This document shows positions 1 through 10,130 of a stretch of DNA of 64,000 nucleotides, piece after piece. Position numbers and translations under genes: made by a program. The DNA is from Hydrurus foetidus (lineage: Eukaryota): contig UYFQ01000001.1 in assembly GCA_900617105.1 (NCBI GenBank), positions 4,526,001 to 4,590,000 of the forward strand, in the 5' to 3' direction. The notes beneath the pieces are model-generated. The model was not told the origin of the DNA, ran no database searches, and saw only the letters and a program-made list of their open reading frames with translations. How positions within the stretch are numbered: position 1 is the first letter of the stretch; each line of letters begins with the position of its first letter.

Positions 1-806
<806 letters not shown>

Positions 807-894
807 TTAATACCAATCAGTCACAATAAATACTTACTAGTAAATATCGCATCAATTAGTAGCAATTGCCATTTAAAACCGAAAAGGACACACC

Positions 895-1527
895 ATGCAA
901 GCACAGCCAATGAATCGCCGCCAGTTCGCGCAGCGCGCTAGCAGCGCCGCTTTGCTGGCGCACGGTGCGTTGACTTTTGCTCAATCGCCGCCGCGAGCAG
1001 TTGCTGCAAAAGCGCCGCCTGAACTCGGTGCATTCGGCAGCGGTACGCCGTGGCAATTGATGGGAGCCGGCGCGTTGCGATTTTTCGGCTTCAAAGCGTA
1101 CGACGCTCATTTGTGGAACAGCGGCCCGACCGCGGCTGGGGCAAATCCGTTCACTGCCAAGGGCTTGTATGCGCTGGAAATTGTATACAACACAGGCATC
1201 AAGGCAGAGGAAATTGTCAATGTTTCGCTGGTTGAAATGGCGCGCTTGCGCAAACTGAGCGAAGCGCAAGTCAAGTCCTGGACGCTTGAAATGCAGCGCA
1301 CTTTTCCGTCGGTGGTAACGGGAGACCGGCTAACCGGGTTGCACGTCCCAAAAGTGGGCACGCGTTTCTTTTTTAACTCGCGTTTGATCTCTGAAATCAA
1401 CGACCCAGCTTTTGGCGATGCGTTCTTTGCAATTTGGCTCGACGAAGGCACCAAGCGCGCCGACTTGCGCAAGCAGTTGCTTGGCCAAACGACCGCAGCG
1501 CCTGCTGCAGCGCCAACCAACAATTGA
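895..1527 (+). CDS. chalcone isomerase-like fold protein, probable Tat signal
   Basis: MNRRQF twin-Arg leader; G-x-LRFFGFKAYDA and F..AFFAIWL motifs of the bacterial chalcone-isomerase-like family. Confidence 0.7.
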   Translation: MQAQPMNRRQFAQRASSAALLAHGALTFAQSPPRAVAAKAPPELGAFGSGTPWQLMGAGALRFFGFKAYDAHLWNSGPTAAGANPFTAKGLYALEIVYNTGIKAEEIVNVSLVEMARLRKLSEAQVKSWTLEMQRTFPSVVTGDRLTGLHVPKVGTRFFFNSRLISEINDPAFGDAFFAIWLDEGTKRADLRKQLLGQTTAAPAAAPTNN

Positions 1528-1542
1528 TGCGTCTGCATTGGT

Positions 1543-2286
1543 TCAAACGCCAAGGTATTGCTGAAGCAAATCAGGCTGGGCATTCAGCGCTGCTGAGGTG
1601 CCCTCAAACACCACTTCACCCTTGACCAAAATCACATTGCGGTCGGTGATTTGCGTGACATGTTTATGGTTTTTGTCGACGATGACGGTGCTGATGCCGG
1701 TGCCTTTGATTAACTGACAAATTCGCCAGATGTCTTTGGCTATCAGCGGGGCCAAGCCTTCGGTGGCTTCGTCGAGGATCAGCACATCGGGGTTGGTCAT
1801 CAGCGCGCGGCCGATGGTGAGCATTTGCTGCTCGCCACCGCTGAGTTGTTGACCGCCGTGGTTTAGGCGCTCTTTTAATCTGGGGAAAGTTTCTAGCACT
1901 CGGTCGTAAGTCCAGTCGGCTCGCTGGCCCGTGCCGCCAGCGGCACTTCCTTGCTTGCCCGCCCGCGCAGCCATCTTTAAATTTTCAGTCACGCTCAGGT
2001 TGCCGAAGATACCGCGCCCCTCGGGTACGTACGCAATACCGAGCTGCGCAATTTCATAGGGCGCTTGGCCGGTCATGGCTTTTCCTGCAATCTCAATCGA
2101 GCCACTGCGCGGCTTGACCAGGCCCATGATGCTTTTGAGCAGTGTGCTTTTGCCCATGCCGTTGCGGCCCATCAGGCCAATGGTCTCGCCGGGTGCAACG
2201 GTGAAGTTAACGCCGCGCAGTATGTGGCTGGCACCGTAGTAAGTTTGAAGGCCTTGGGCGTTGATGATGAGGTCTTGGGTCATCAC
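1543..2286 (-). CDS. LIV-type ABC transporter ATP-binding subunit (LivF-like)
   Basis: Walker A GRNGMGKST, LSGGEQQ signature, ILDE Walker B. Confidence 0.93.
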   Translation of the reverse strand: MMTQDLIINAQGLQTYYGASHILRGVNFTVAPGETIGLMGRNGMGKSTLLKSIMGLVKPRSGSIEIAGKAMTGQAPYEIAQLGIAYVPEGRGIFGNLSVTENLKMAARAGKQGSAAGGTGQRADWTYDRVLETFPRLKERLNHGGQQLSGGEQQMLTIGRALMTNPDVLILDEATEGLAPLIAKDIWRICQLIKGTGISTVIVDKNHKHVTQITDRNVILVKGEVVFEGTSAALNAQPDLLQQYLGV

Positions 2287-3032
2287 TGTTCCTCCCCGAG
2301 GTAAGCGGCTTGCACACCAGCATCTGAGCGAATCTCTAAGGGGGTGCCGCTGGCAATCACTTGGCCATTGACCATCACCGTCAGTTTGTCTGCGAGCTGG
2401 AACACCGCATCCATGTCATGCTCGACCAGCAAAATGCCGTGGTCTTTTTTAATCGCCAGCAACAGTGCCACCATGCGTTCAGCCTCAACTGCGCCCATGC
2501 CTGCCAGCGGTTCGTCTAGCAAAATCACTTGAGGTTCGGTCGCCAGTGTCATGGCAATTTCTAGTTGGCGTTGCTCGCCGTGGCTAATGGTGCCAGCAAC
2601 GCTTTTAACCCTATTTTTAAGGCCAGATAGCTCTATAGCCTGTTCAATACGGGCGCGAGCAGCTATGAATTGCGTAGCGTTTGACAACCACCTATGCGCT
2701 TGCGGTTCGCGTGACTGCGCTGCCAGGTGCACGTTGTCCCATACAGTAAACGGCAAAAAGATATTGGTCTTCTGGTAGCTGCGGCCCAAGCCCTGGCGAG
2801 AGATTTTCTCGGGCGTCCAGCCTGTGATGTCGGTGTTGCCAAGTGCGACAGTGCCCGTAGTCGGCGGCAAGTCACCTGACAGCAAATTGGTCAGTGTTGA
2901 CTTACCCGCGCCGTTGGGGCCGATCACGGCGTGAATGTGGTTGCGCAGCAGGTCGATTGACACGTTGTCAACTGCGGCCAAACCGCCGAAGCGTTTGGTC
3001 AAGCCCTTTGCTGAAAGCAGAACTTCACTCAT
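2283..3032 (-). CDS. LIV-type ABC transporter ATP-binding subunit (LivG-like)
   Basis: GPNGAGKST, LLDEP, VEHDM, C-terminal VQAAYLG. Confidence 0.93.
   Translation of the reverse strand: MSEVLLSAKGLTKRFGGLAAVDNVSIDLLRNHIHAVIGPNGAGKSTLTNLLSGDLPPTTGTVALGNTDITGWTPEKISRQGLGRSYQKTNIFLPFTVWDNVHLAAQSREPQAHRWLSNATQFIAARARIEQAIELSGLKNRVKSVAGTISHGEQRQLEIAMTLATEPQVILLDEPLAGMGAVEAERMVALLLAIKKDHGILLVEHDMDAVFQLADKLTVMVNGQVIASGTPLEIRSDAGVQAAYLGEEQ
2614..2679 (+). repeat. 66-bp dispersed motif copy 1 (inside livG-like CDS)
   Basis: Core GGGCGCGAGCAGCT at 2651; TAGC at core+24. Confidence 0.8.
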
Positions 3033-4050
3033 GATCTGCTTTCTTGCGCGTCATGAATTTTTCAACCAGTCCCAAAATACCGCGCGGCGCAAACACCACC
3101 AGCAGCACGATGAAAAGGCCCATCCACAACTGCCAGTGCTTGCCCAAATTCACCTTGCCCAAACTGGTAGTGAAGGTCGGCAAGTCTTTGAACACATGCA
3201 GCAAATACTCAAACGCAAACGCGCCCACAATCGCGCCGGAAAAGTTGCCCATGCCGCCCAAAATCACCATCATGATGGCATGTGCGCTCATGTGAAAACC
3301 CATCAATTCAGGGTTGATGTAACCAGTTTGTGCGCCCCACAAATAACCCGCCAGCCCAGCCAGCGCCCCGGCCACAGTAAATGCCGCCAGCTTGTAGCCA
3401 AACACGCCGTAACCCATGGCGCGCATGCGGTGCTCGTTGACGCGAATGCCGCTTAGCGTGCGGCCAAACGGGCTGAACAGCAGGCGGCGTAAAAAGACGT
3501 AAGTGACCAGCAGCGCGGCCAGTGTGAAGTAGTAAAGCGCCCGCTTGTTGTCCAAATCAAAAGGTACCCAGCCAAAAATCGATGTGCTGGGTTTGAAGTT
3601 GATGTAAAGCCCGTCCGAGCCGCCCAACACCTTGTTGTCAAAGAACAGATAAAACACCATCTGCGCAAACGCCATGGTGACCATGATGAAGTAAATGCCG
3701 TGTGTGCGCACCACAAAAAACCCAATGATGAGTGCAGCCAAGCCTGATGCCAGCACAGCCACGGGCAGCGTCCACCACAGGCTGGCAGCCTCACCCTGCG
3801 GTGTGAGAAAAGCCAGCGCATAACCCGCCAGCCCAAAGTAAGCCGCGTGGCCAAGCGACACCAGACCGGTCACGCCTTGCAGCAAGTCCAGGCTCATGGC
3901 GAAAATCGCCATGATCATCATGCGTGTGACCATCTCGGTATAAAACGGCGTGCCAACGAAAGGGAAGGCAAGCAGGGCGACGAGGCCCATGCCCAGCACC
4001 AGCTTGATGCTGACTGGCAGTACTTCCAAATTCGCTTCTTGCGAGCTCAT
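3025..4050 (-). CDS. LIV-type ABC transporter permease (LivM-like)
   Basis: G..GLVSLGHAAYFG motif, hydrophobic. Start placed at ATG 4050, overlapping the upstream stop, rather than at the ORF-track start. Confidence 0.9.
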   Translation of the reverse strand: MSSQEANLEVLPVSIKLVLGMGLVALLAFPFVGTPFYTEMVTRMMIMAIFAMSLDLLQGVTGLVSLGHAAYFGLAGYALAFLTPQGEAASLWWTLPVAVLASGLAALIIGFFVVRTHGIYFIMVTMAFAQMVFYLFFDNKVLGGSDGLYINFKPSTSIFGWVPFDLDNKRALYYFTLAALLVTYVFLRRLLFSPFGRTLSGIRVNEHRMRAMGYGVFGYKLAAFTVAGALAGLAGYLWGAQTGYINPELMGFHMSAHAIMMVILGGMGNFSGAIVGAFAFEYLLHVFKDLPTFTTSLGKVNLGKHWQLWMGLFIVLLVVFAPRGILGLVEKFMTRKKADHE

Positions 4051-4910
4051 TGTTTGAACAAGCCTTCGGGCTTCCAAAGCAGCACCGCCGCCATCAACAT
4101 GTAAACCAACATGCCTGACACGGACGGCAGCAGCACCTTGCCAAACGTATCGACCAAGCCCACCAGCAGCGCCGCAATCAGTGCGCCGCGCACCGAGCCA
4201 ATGCCGCCAATCACCACTACCACAAAGCACATGATGAGCACCTGTGAGCCCATGTTGGGGTAAACGCTGGCAATCGGTGCGGCGATCATGCCTGCGACTG
4301 CGGCCAGGCCAACGCCGAGTGCAAACACTGTCGCGTGAATCAGTTTGATGTTGATGCCGAGTGATTCCGCCATGTCGCGGTTAAACGCGCCTGCGCGGAT
4401 TTTCATGCCCAGGCGGGTTTTTGAAATTAGCAAATACAAACCAATCGCTAACGCAATGCAGACTCCCGACATGAAGAGGCGATACACGGGGTACGACAAG
4501 TTTTCAGTCAGCGGAATTGATGCACTGAGAAGCGCAGGAATCGCCACGCCATGCACATCGTCGCCCCAAACAATCGAGCGCAGCTCTTCAAAAATATAAA
4601 TCAAACCAAACGTAAGCAGCACTTGGTCAAGGTGATCGCGTTTGTAAAAGTGCCTGAACAGCAGCCATTCAAGCGCCAAGCCAAAAGCAACGGCCAGCAC
4701 CGCGCCCAACAAAATAGCCAGCGTCAAGCTACCAAAAGCGGAGCTAAGCGACCACGCCAAATACGCACCCAGCATGTAAAAACTGCCATGCGCCAAGTTC
4801 ACCACGCCCATGATGCCGAAAATCAGCGTCAGGCCCGCAGCCAGCATGAACAGTAGCAGGCCGTATTGAACGCTGTTGAGCAGTTGAATCAGGAATTGAG
4901 CCAAGTCCAT
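4047..4910 (-). CDS. LIV-type ABC transporter permease (LivH-like)
   Basis: GLTLIFG.MGVVNLAHG and VVVIGGIGS motifs. Confidence 0.92.
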   Translation of the reverse strand: MDLAQFLIQLLNSVQYGLLLFMLAAGLTLIFGIMGVVNLAHGSFYMLGAYLAWSLSSAFGSLTLAILLGAVLAVAFGLALEWLLFRHFYKRDHLDQVLLTFGLIYIFEELRSIVWGDDVHGVAIPALLSASIPLTENLSYPVYRLFMSGVCIALAIGLYLLISKTRLGMKIRAGAFNRDMAESLGINIKLIHATVFALGVGLAAVAGMIAAPIASVYPNMGSQVLIMCFVVVVIGGIGSVRGALIAALLVGLVDTFGKVLLPSVSGMLVYMLMAAVLLWKPEGLFKQ

Positions 4911-4920
4911 CGCTAAAGTC

Positions 4921-5553
4921 TCAGGCTTGCCGCTTGGTAAACAGCAGCGCCAGGCCCATCAGCGTGAACAAGCCGCCACAAACACGGTTCACCCAGCGCA
5001 TGGGGCCGCTTTGCCGCAGCAGCGGGGCGATGCGCGACACGCCCAGTGCGCACAGGGTGAGCACAGTCAATTCAAAAGCTACGAACGTCAGCGCAAGAAT
5101 AGCGAACTGCGGCGCAAAGGGCAGATTCGGATTTAAAAACTGAGGGAAAAACGCCGCAAAAAACAGCAGTGCCTTTGGGTTGCTGGCACCCACCAAAAAA
5201 CCGCGCACGTAGCTCGCGCGGTTGGTAACGGCACTTACTTCAGCGCTAGCATCGTTGGTCAGCAGCGTCCCTTGGCTGCGAAACGTCTTGATACCCAGCG
5301 CGATTAAATAGCTCGCGCCCAGCAGCTTGGCGATGGCAAACGCGACATCAGATGCGGCAAGCAACGCGCCCAAGCCGAGCGCCGATAAAAACATCACCCC
5401 CAACACTGCGCTGACGCTGCCCGCAGCTGACAACATTGCTTTGCGCGGCCCATGGTTAATTGCGGTCGTGATGCACATCAGCATGGTCGGGCCGGGGGAC
5501 AGCACCAGAAGCGCAACGGCGGCCAAGTAGAGCAGGTAGGTGGTGAGGGTCAT
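4921..5553 (-). CDS. LysE/RhtB family exporter
   Basis: SPGP and NPKALLFFAAFFPQF motifs; start at ATG 5553 (MTLTTY). Confidence 0.9.
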   Translation of the reverse strand: MTLTTYLLYLAAVALLVLSPGPTMLMCITTAINHGPRKAMLSAAGSVSAVLGVMFLSALGLGALLAASDVAFAIAKLLGASYLIALGIKTFRSQGTLLTNDASAEVSAVTNRASYVRGFLVGASNPKALLFFAAFFPQFLNPNLPFAPQFAILALTFVAFELTVLTLCALGVSRIAPLLRQSGPMRWVNRVCGGLFTLMGLALLFTKRQA

Positions 5554-5610
5554 GGAACAACAGTAACAGAGCAGGTCAAAGCAGAAGAAACGCCGCGCTC
5601 CCATCCAAGC

Positions 5611-5700
5611 AGGGGCCGCGGACCTGGCTCTGCCAGTCCGCAGGCGCAGCGGCCCCCTCGGGGGGAAGGGCGTTACACGAAGTGAACAACCGTGGGGGTC
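5611..5700 (-). repeat. palindromic extragenic repeat, family 2, copy A
   Basis: Reverse complement (…CCCCCCGAGGGGGC…CCTGCGGACTGGCAGAGCCAGGTCCGCG) resembles 15001-15075; lies directly after the stop of the binding-protein gene. Confidence 0.65.
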
Positions 5701-6886
5701 ATGTCATCTTGCAACCAGCACCGCTGTCAGCCAGCGCTTTGGCGCCGATGCCAATCACCTTGTTCTCTTTATTCTCAACGCGACGCACGTAAATGTCTTG
5801 CACCGGATTGTGCGACGTACTCATCGTCCACTTGCCGCGCGGGCTGTCGATGGTGGCACCCTCCATGGCTTTATACAGGGCGGCCTTGTTGGCCAAATCG
5901 CCTTTGACGGCGTTGACGCCTTGCACCAGCAGCAGGCCTGTGTCATAGCCTTGCACGGCATAAACGTCGGGTTGTGACTTGAATGTTTTGGCATACGCCA
6001 AGCGGAAATTCTTGTTGCGCGGCGTGTCCAGCGAGTCGCTGTAGTGCATGGTGGTAATGATGCCGTCAGCCGCTGGGCCGGCAGCGTCCAGCACGCCTTC
6101 AGTCAAAAAACCAGAACCGTAAAGTGGAATCTTGTCTTTCAGGCCAGCGGCTGCGTAGTCGCGAATGAACTTGGCCGCGCCGCCGCCCGCCCAGAAGCAG
6201 GCTACTGCGTCGGGTTTCAACGCTGCAATTTCAGTCAGCAGCGCCTGGAATTCCACTTGTGGAAACGGCAAGCCCAGTTCTTTGATGATGGTGCCGCCTG
6301 CGGCCAGGTAGCCTTCTTTAAAGCCCTCAAAAGCTTCATCACCGGCTGCGTACTTCCAGGTGATCCAAACCGCTTTTTTGTGGCCCTTGTCGACCATGAC
6401 TTTGCCCAGCGCGCGGGTGGGTTGCGAGTTGGCAAAAGATGTGCGAAACACATTGGGCGCGCACAGGCTGCGCGTAGCAGCGTGTACGCCTGCGTTCGGA
6501 ATCAAACTCAACACGCCTGAGTCACGCGCGACTTTTTGAATGCCCATTTGCACGCCTGAATGTACGGTGCCCACCAGCACATCAACTTTGTCGCGCTGCA
6601 CCAGTTTGTTGGCGTTTTCAATGCCTTTGGACGGGTCTGACTCGTCGTCGACTTTGAAAAACTCAATTTCACGGCCACCGAGTTTGCCGCCTTGCTCATT
6701 AATCGCCATGCGAAAACCGTTTTCAATCGCTACGCCCAGTTGTGCAAACGTACCGGTGTAAGGCAGCATCAAGCCCACGCGCACTTTTGCGCCTTGCGCC
6801 CGCACAATTTCAGGCAACAGCAAGCCCGTGGATGCAGCGCCAACCAGGGCGGCACTGCGAGTCAAAACTAGGCGGCGAGAGGTCAT
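5699..6886 (-). CDS. ABC transporter substrate-binding protein (LivJ-like, probably aromatic acid/benzoate binding)
   Basis: Tat-like leader SRRLVL..VRAQ and periplasmic binding protein type-1 features; substrate inferred from the adjacent box cluster. Confidence 0.85.
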   Translation of the reverse strand: MTSRRLVLTRSAALVGAASTGLLLPEIVRAQGAKVRVGLMLPYTGTFAQLGVAIENGFRMAINEQGGKLGGREIEFFKVDDESDPSKGIENANKLVQRDKVDVLVGTVHSGVQMGIQKVARDSGVLSLIPNAGVHAATRSLCAPNVFRTSFANSQPTRALGKVMVDKGHKKAVWITWKYAAGDEAFEGFKEGYLAAGGTIIKELGLPFPQVEFQALLTEIAALKPDAVACFWAGGGAAKFIRDYAAAGLKDKIPLYGSGFLTEGVLDAAGPAADGIITTMHYSDSLDTPRNKNFRLAYAKTFKSQPDVYAVQGYDTGLLLVQGVNAVKGDLANKAALYKAMEGATIDSPRGKWTMSTSHNPVQDIYVRRVENKENKVIGIGAKALADSGAGCKMT

Positions 6887-7120
6887 GGAAAACTCCTGGT
6901 TTTAGGTGAAACGAGACAGCTGAAATGTTAGTCGCTAGTGAGCTTAACAAGCTTAGTGTTAAACCCGAGCTTTAGACCTGAACTGTTTAAGGTTAAAGCA
7001 ATGATATGCCCGGCTCCTTGGTACAGTTTGTGGGTATCAATCTGTCAAATTCGTCGCGGCTGGCTGGCTAGCCCCATTAGAACGGCCAAGCCCTGACTGC
7101 AGTTTCAAAAGGATTTTTTC

Positions 7121-7984
7121 ATGACTACCCCCACTCAAAATGAATCGCCGACCTTGCCCCTGAATCCCGATTTATACGGCCACTACCAGTCCCTGACCCT
7201 CAAACGCCACGACCACGGCATCTTAGAAATCGTTATCGGCGCTGCCAAAAGCGCCAACGGCAAGCTGTCAACCGCCGACCACAACATGCACAAAGAGTTG
7301 TCAACCATCTGGCAAGACATTGACAAAGACTCAGACACCCGTGTGGCGCTGATCAGGGGCGAAGGCAAAGGCTTTTCGGCCGGTGGCGATTTGGGTTTGG
7401 TTGAAGACATGGCGAATGATTTCAACGTGCGCGCCCGGGTGTGGAAGGAGGCGCGCGACCTGGTTTGCAACGTCATCAATTGCGGCAAACCCATCGTGTC
7501 TGCCATGCATGGCCCAGCGGTGGGGGCAGGGCTGGTGGCGGGTTTGCTGGCCGACATTTCCATCGCCTCAAAAACCGCTCGCATCATCGACGGCCACACC
7601 CGCTTGGGCGTAGCCGCAGGCGACCACGCCGCCATCGTTTGGCCGCTGCTGTGCGGCATGGCCAAGGCCAAATATTATTTGCTGCTGTGCGAGGCCGTGT
7701 CGGGCGAAGAAGCCGAACGTATTGGCTTGGTGTCACTCACGGTTGATGAAGCCGACCTGCTGCCCAAAGCGTTCGAGGTAGCCACCAAACTGGCTAAGGG
7801 CTCACCCACAGCCATCCGCTGGACGAAATACGCATTGAACAACTGGCTGCGCCTGGCCGGACCGACGTTTGACGCGTCATTGGCGCTGGAATTTATGGGC
7901 TTTTCAGGCCCCGATGTGCATGAGGGTATTGCGTCGTTGCGCGGGCGGCGCGATCCGCAGTTTGATCAGAATAGTCCGATTTAA
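7121..7984 (+). CDS. enoyl-CoA hydratase/isomerase family protein
   Basis: FSAGGDL and [15 protein letters not shown] crotonase motifs. Confidence 0.9.
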   Translation: MTTPTQNESPTLPLNPDLYGHYQSLTLKRHDHGILEIVIGAAKSANGKLSTADHNMHKELSTIWQDIDKDSDTRVALIRGEGKGFSAGGDLGLVEDMANDFNVRARVWKEARDLVCNVINCGKPIVSAMHGPAVGAGLVAGLLADISIASKTARIIDGHTRLGVAAGDHAAIVWPLLCGMAKAKYYLLLCEAVSGEEAERIGLVSLTVDEADLLPKAFEVATKLAKGSPTAIRWTKYALNNWLRLAGPTFDASLALEFMGFSGPDVHEGIASLRGRRDPQFDQNSPI

Positions 7985-7990
7985 GGGTAG

Positions 7991-8056
7991 ATTTCGGGAG
8001 TAAATCGGCAGCTAGCCCAATAGAAACAGGCGCGACCAGCTCCTGAATTTATAGCG
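7991..8056 (+). repeat. 66-bp dispersed motif copy 2
   Basis: TAGCCCAAT…AGGCGCGACCAGCT (8028)…TAGC. Confidence 0.8.
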
Positions 8057-8247
8057 ATTAACTTTGCGTGGTTTGCCGGGGTCGCCCGGCTGCGAGTCAC
8101 TTTCTTTTGCTTCGCCAAAAGAAAGTAACCAAAGAAAAGGCGACCCGCAGTCTGGGGGGTTTTTGGGGTCAGAGCCCAAATTCGCCGAGCCTTTGGCTCG
8201 CCCTTCGGGCGTAGTGCTTTGCACTGCAGCGAAATTGGTGTCTGACC

Positions 8248-9705
8248 CAATACTGTTCAGTTAGTAAAATTTGAAGTAAACTTGTATTCCAGTTGCATCA
8301 CCAACTGGAGGCTTCATGGCAAGAACCAAAGCAGTGCTACCCACGGGCACACGAATCGCAGACTACTTAAGCGTCGGCCTGCTGGCTCAGGTCTGCCCGC
8401 TGGCCAAGATTCACCAAATACTTCAAGACACTGGCAGGCAGTCCCAAAGACAGCGTGACTTGCCCGCCCATGGCGTTGTTTACTACGTCTTGGCTCTCGG
8501 GCTTTACATGGGCGTGGCTTACGAAGAAGTGCTGCGTTTGACCCTTGAAGCAATGAGCTTTCTAGGCTCACCCATCAAGCGCGAAATCACCAAATCAGCC
8601 CTGTCCCAGGCGCGCAGCCGCCTGAGCTGGCAAGTTATGGAGCGCCTGGCCAATGAGTGCTTGATGCCGATAGCCCAGCCGCACACGAAGGGTGCCTGGT
8701 TCAAAGGAATGCGCCTGGTCAGCGTCGATGGCAGCACACTGGACTTAGCCCACGAAAGCGCCAACATTGAGGCCTTTGGCGGCCCGACCGCTAATGTCGG
8801 TGTCGCAGGCTATGCGCAACTGCGCTTTGCTGGATTGGTAGAGGGCGGCACGCACGTCATGTTCGCATTAGCCCATGGCGCGTATACCGACAGCGAGATC
8901 ACCTTATTTGACAAGCTATTGCCCAAACTAAAGCCCGACATGCTGCTGCTAGCCGACCGGTACTTTCTGGGCTACAAAGCATGGGCAAAGGCGCGCCAGA
9001 CAGGCGCTCAGTTGCTGTGGCGAGCCAAAAAGAACAACATACTGCCAGTGGATCACGCGCTGCCTGATGGCTCATTCCTGTCGCACTTAAATCCAAGCCG
9101 CGGCAACAAAGACACCACCTTGCAAAGCTTGCCTGTCAGAGTGGTCGAGTACTTCATTGATGGCGACCCCCAGGCCGAGCCGCTGTACAGGCTGGTAACA
9201 AGTTTGCTCGATCCTGAAGTCGCAACTGCGCACGAGCTTGCACAGGTGTATCACGAGCGCTGGGAGATTGAGACGACCCTCAAAGAGATGAAGACTCATC
9301 TGCGGGGTGCAAGGGTGGTGCTTCGCAGCAAGACGCCAGACTTGGTCAGGCAAGAGTTCTATGGGTTGTGGCTGGCGCACTTTGCGGTGCGCCGCCTGAT
9401 GCATGAGGCAGCGCTGCAAAAGGACATTGATCCCGATGAGCTGTCGTTTAAAAAGAGTCTTCAAATCGTGCGCTGCAAGCTGCCCCATGCTGGGGCTGTT
9501 CCCCCCTGAGCGCTATGCAATTTGGTATGCAGAGGTGATCAACTGCGTAGCCCGCGCCAAATCTGTCAGTTCACGAGGCAAAAGAAACCCGAGGGTGGTC
9601 AAAAGACGAACCAGCTACTATCCTTCGAGAAAAGGCGATGAGCCCTTGAATGTGCTGATTCAAACTGTCATTCGAGTTAAAAATACTTCTAACTGAACAG
9701 TATTG
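8248..9705 (+). mobile_element. IS4-family insertion sequence, 1458 bp
   Basis: 17-bp perfect terminal inverted repeats CAATACTGTTCAGTTAG / CTAACTGAACAGTATTG; 10-bp target duplication GTGTCTGACC at 8238-8247 and 9706-9715; internal DDE transposase. Confidence 0.95.
8316..9509 (+). CDS. IS4-family DDE transposase (may extend to 9696 by +1 frameshift)
   Basis: VDGS, LADRYF and the YHERWEIETTLKEMK (Y-x2-R-x3-E-x6-K) IS4 signature. Confidence 0.95.
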   Translation: MARTKAVLPTGTRIADYLSVGLLAQVCPLAKIHQILQDTGRQSQRQRDLPAHGVVYYVLALGLYMGVAYEEVLRLTLEAMSFLGSPIKREITKSALSQARSRLSWQVMERLANECLMPIAQPHTKGAWFKGMRLVSVDGSTLDLAHESANIEAFGGPTANVGVAGYAQLRFAGLVEGGTHVMFALAHGAYTDSEITLFDKLLPKLKPDMLLLADRYFLGYKAWAKARQTGAQLLWRAKKNNILPVDHALPDGSFLSHLNPSRGNKDTTLQSLPVRVVEYFIDGDPQAEPLYRLVTSLLDPEVATAHELAQVYHERWEIETTLKEMKTHLRGARVVLRSKTPDLVRQEFYGLWLAHFAVRRLMHEAALQKDIDPDELSFKKSLQIVRCKLPHAGAVPP

Positions 9706-9855
9706 GTGTCTGACCCCAATAACCCGATCTTCCGGTGCTCAGAAAAAGCGGGGTCACGTGCAAACTCGCTACGCTCAAACAAGCACGCGCCCTGATCCGC
9801 TTTTTCTTCCGCTCCTCAGCCCAGCCAGGAAGGGGTAGAGAAAATTCGGGGTCGA

Positions 9856-9921
9856 ATTTAGGGAGAAAGTCGGCCTCCAGACCAATCGATATAGGCGTGA
9901 GCAGCTCCTGAATTAGAAGCG
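9856..9921 (+). repeat. 66-bp dispersed motif copy 3
   Basis: AGACCAAT…AGGCGTGAGCAGCT (9893)…AAGC. Confidence 0.75.
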
Positions 9922-9948
9922 AATGCCGTCACTAAAATCAAGCAGTGA

Positions 9949-10107
9949 GCCCGCTGATTGCGTCATGCGACCGGGCTTTGGGGTGAAAGGCGCGCGGGAG
10001 CGCCATCAAAATCAGCACAAAAAATGACCGAGCGAAAGCTCGACGCATTTTTCGTCCCCGCGTGTGATTTCACTCCAAAACCGCAGCGCATGGCGCAGTC
10101 GGCGGGC
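9949..10107 (+). ncRNA. putative structured RNA or long hairpin element of unknown class
   Basis: About 40-bp outer stem whose isolated mismatches are G-U pairs on the + strand; inner GAGC-GAAA-GCTC GNRA tetraloop. Confidence 0.4.
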
Positions 10108-10130
10108 GGTGTCGGTTGCATAAAGAACGG

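Larger units (their letters stand above)
8157..9725. repeat. REP/REPIN-like inverted pair whose right arm is interrupted by IS4
   Basis: Left arm GGGTTTTTGGGGTCAGAGCCCAAATTCGC (8157-8185). Right arm rebuilt from 8229-8247 plus 9716-9725 has reverse complement GGGTTATTGGGGTCAGACACCAATTTCGC. Confidence 0.7.
8075..9830. repeat. MITE-like multi-hairpin repeat split by a REP pair and IS4
   Basis: Hairpins GCCGGG-GTCG-CCCGGC (8075-8090), ACTTTCTTTTG..CAAAAGAAAGT (8099-8126) and AGAAAAAGCGG..CCGCTTTTTCT (about 9741-9808). Non-coding; boundaries approximate. Confidence 0.55.

Noticed and set aside
815..865. Partial resemblance to the 66-bp motif (CAATAAATAC…TAGCA)
   Set aside because: The GGGCGCRAGCAGCT core is absent and the spacing is off by 2 nt.
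7981..8264. Short ORFs over the hairpin repeat region
   Set aside because: They translate palindromic non-coding repeats and lack protein motifs.
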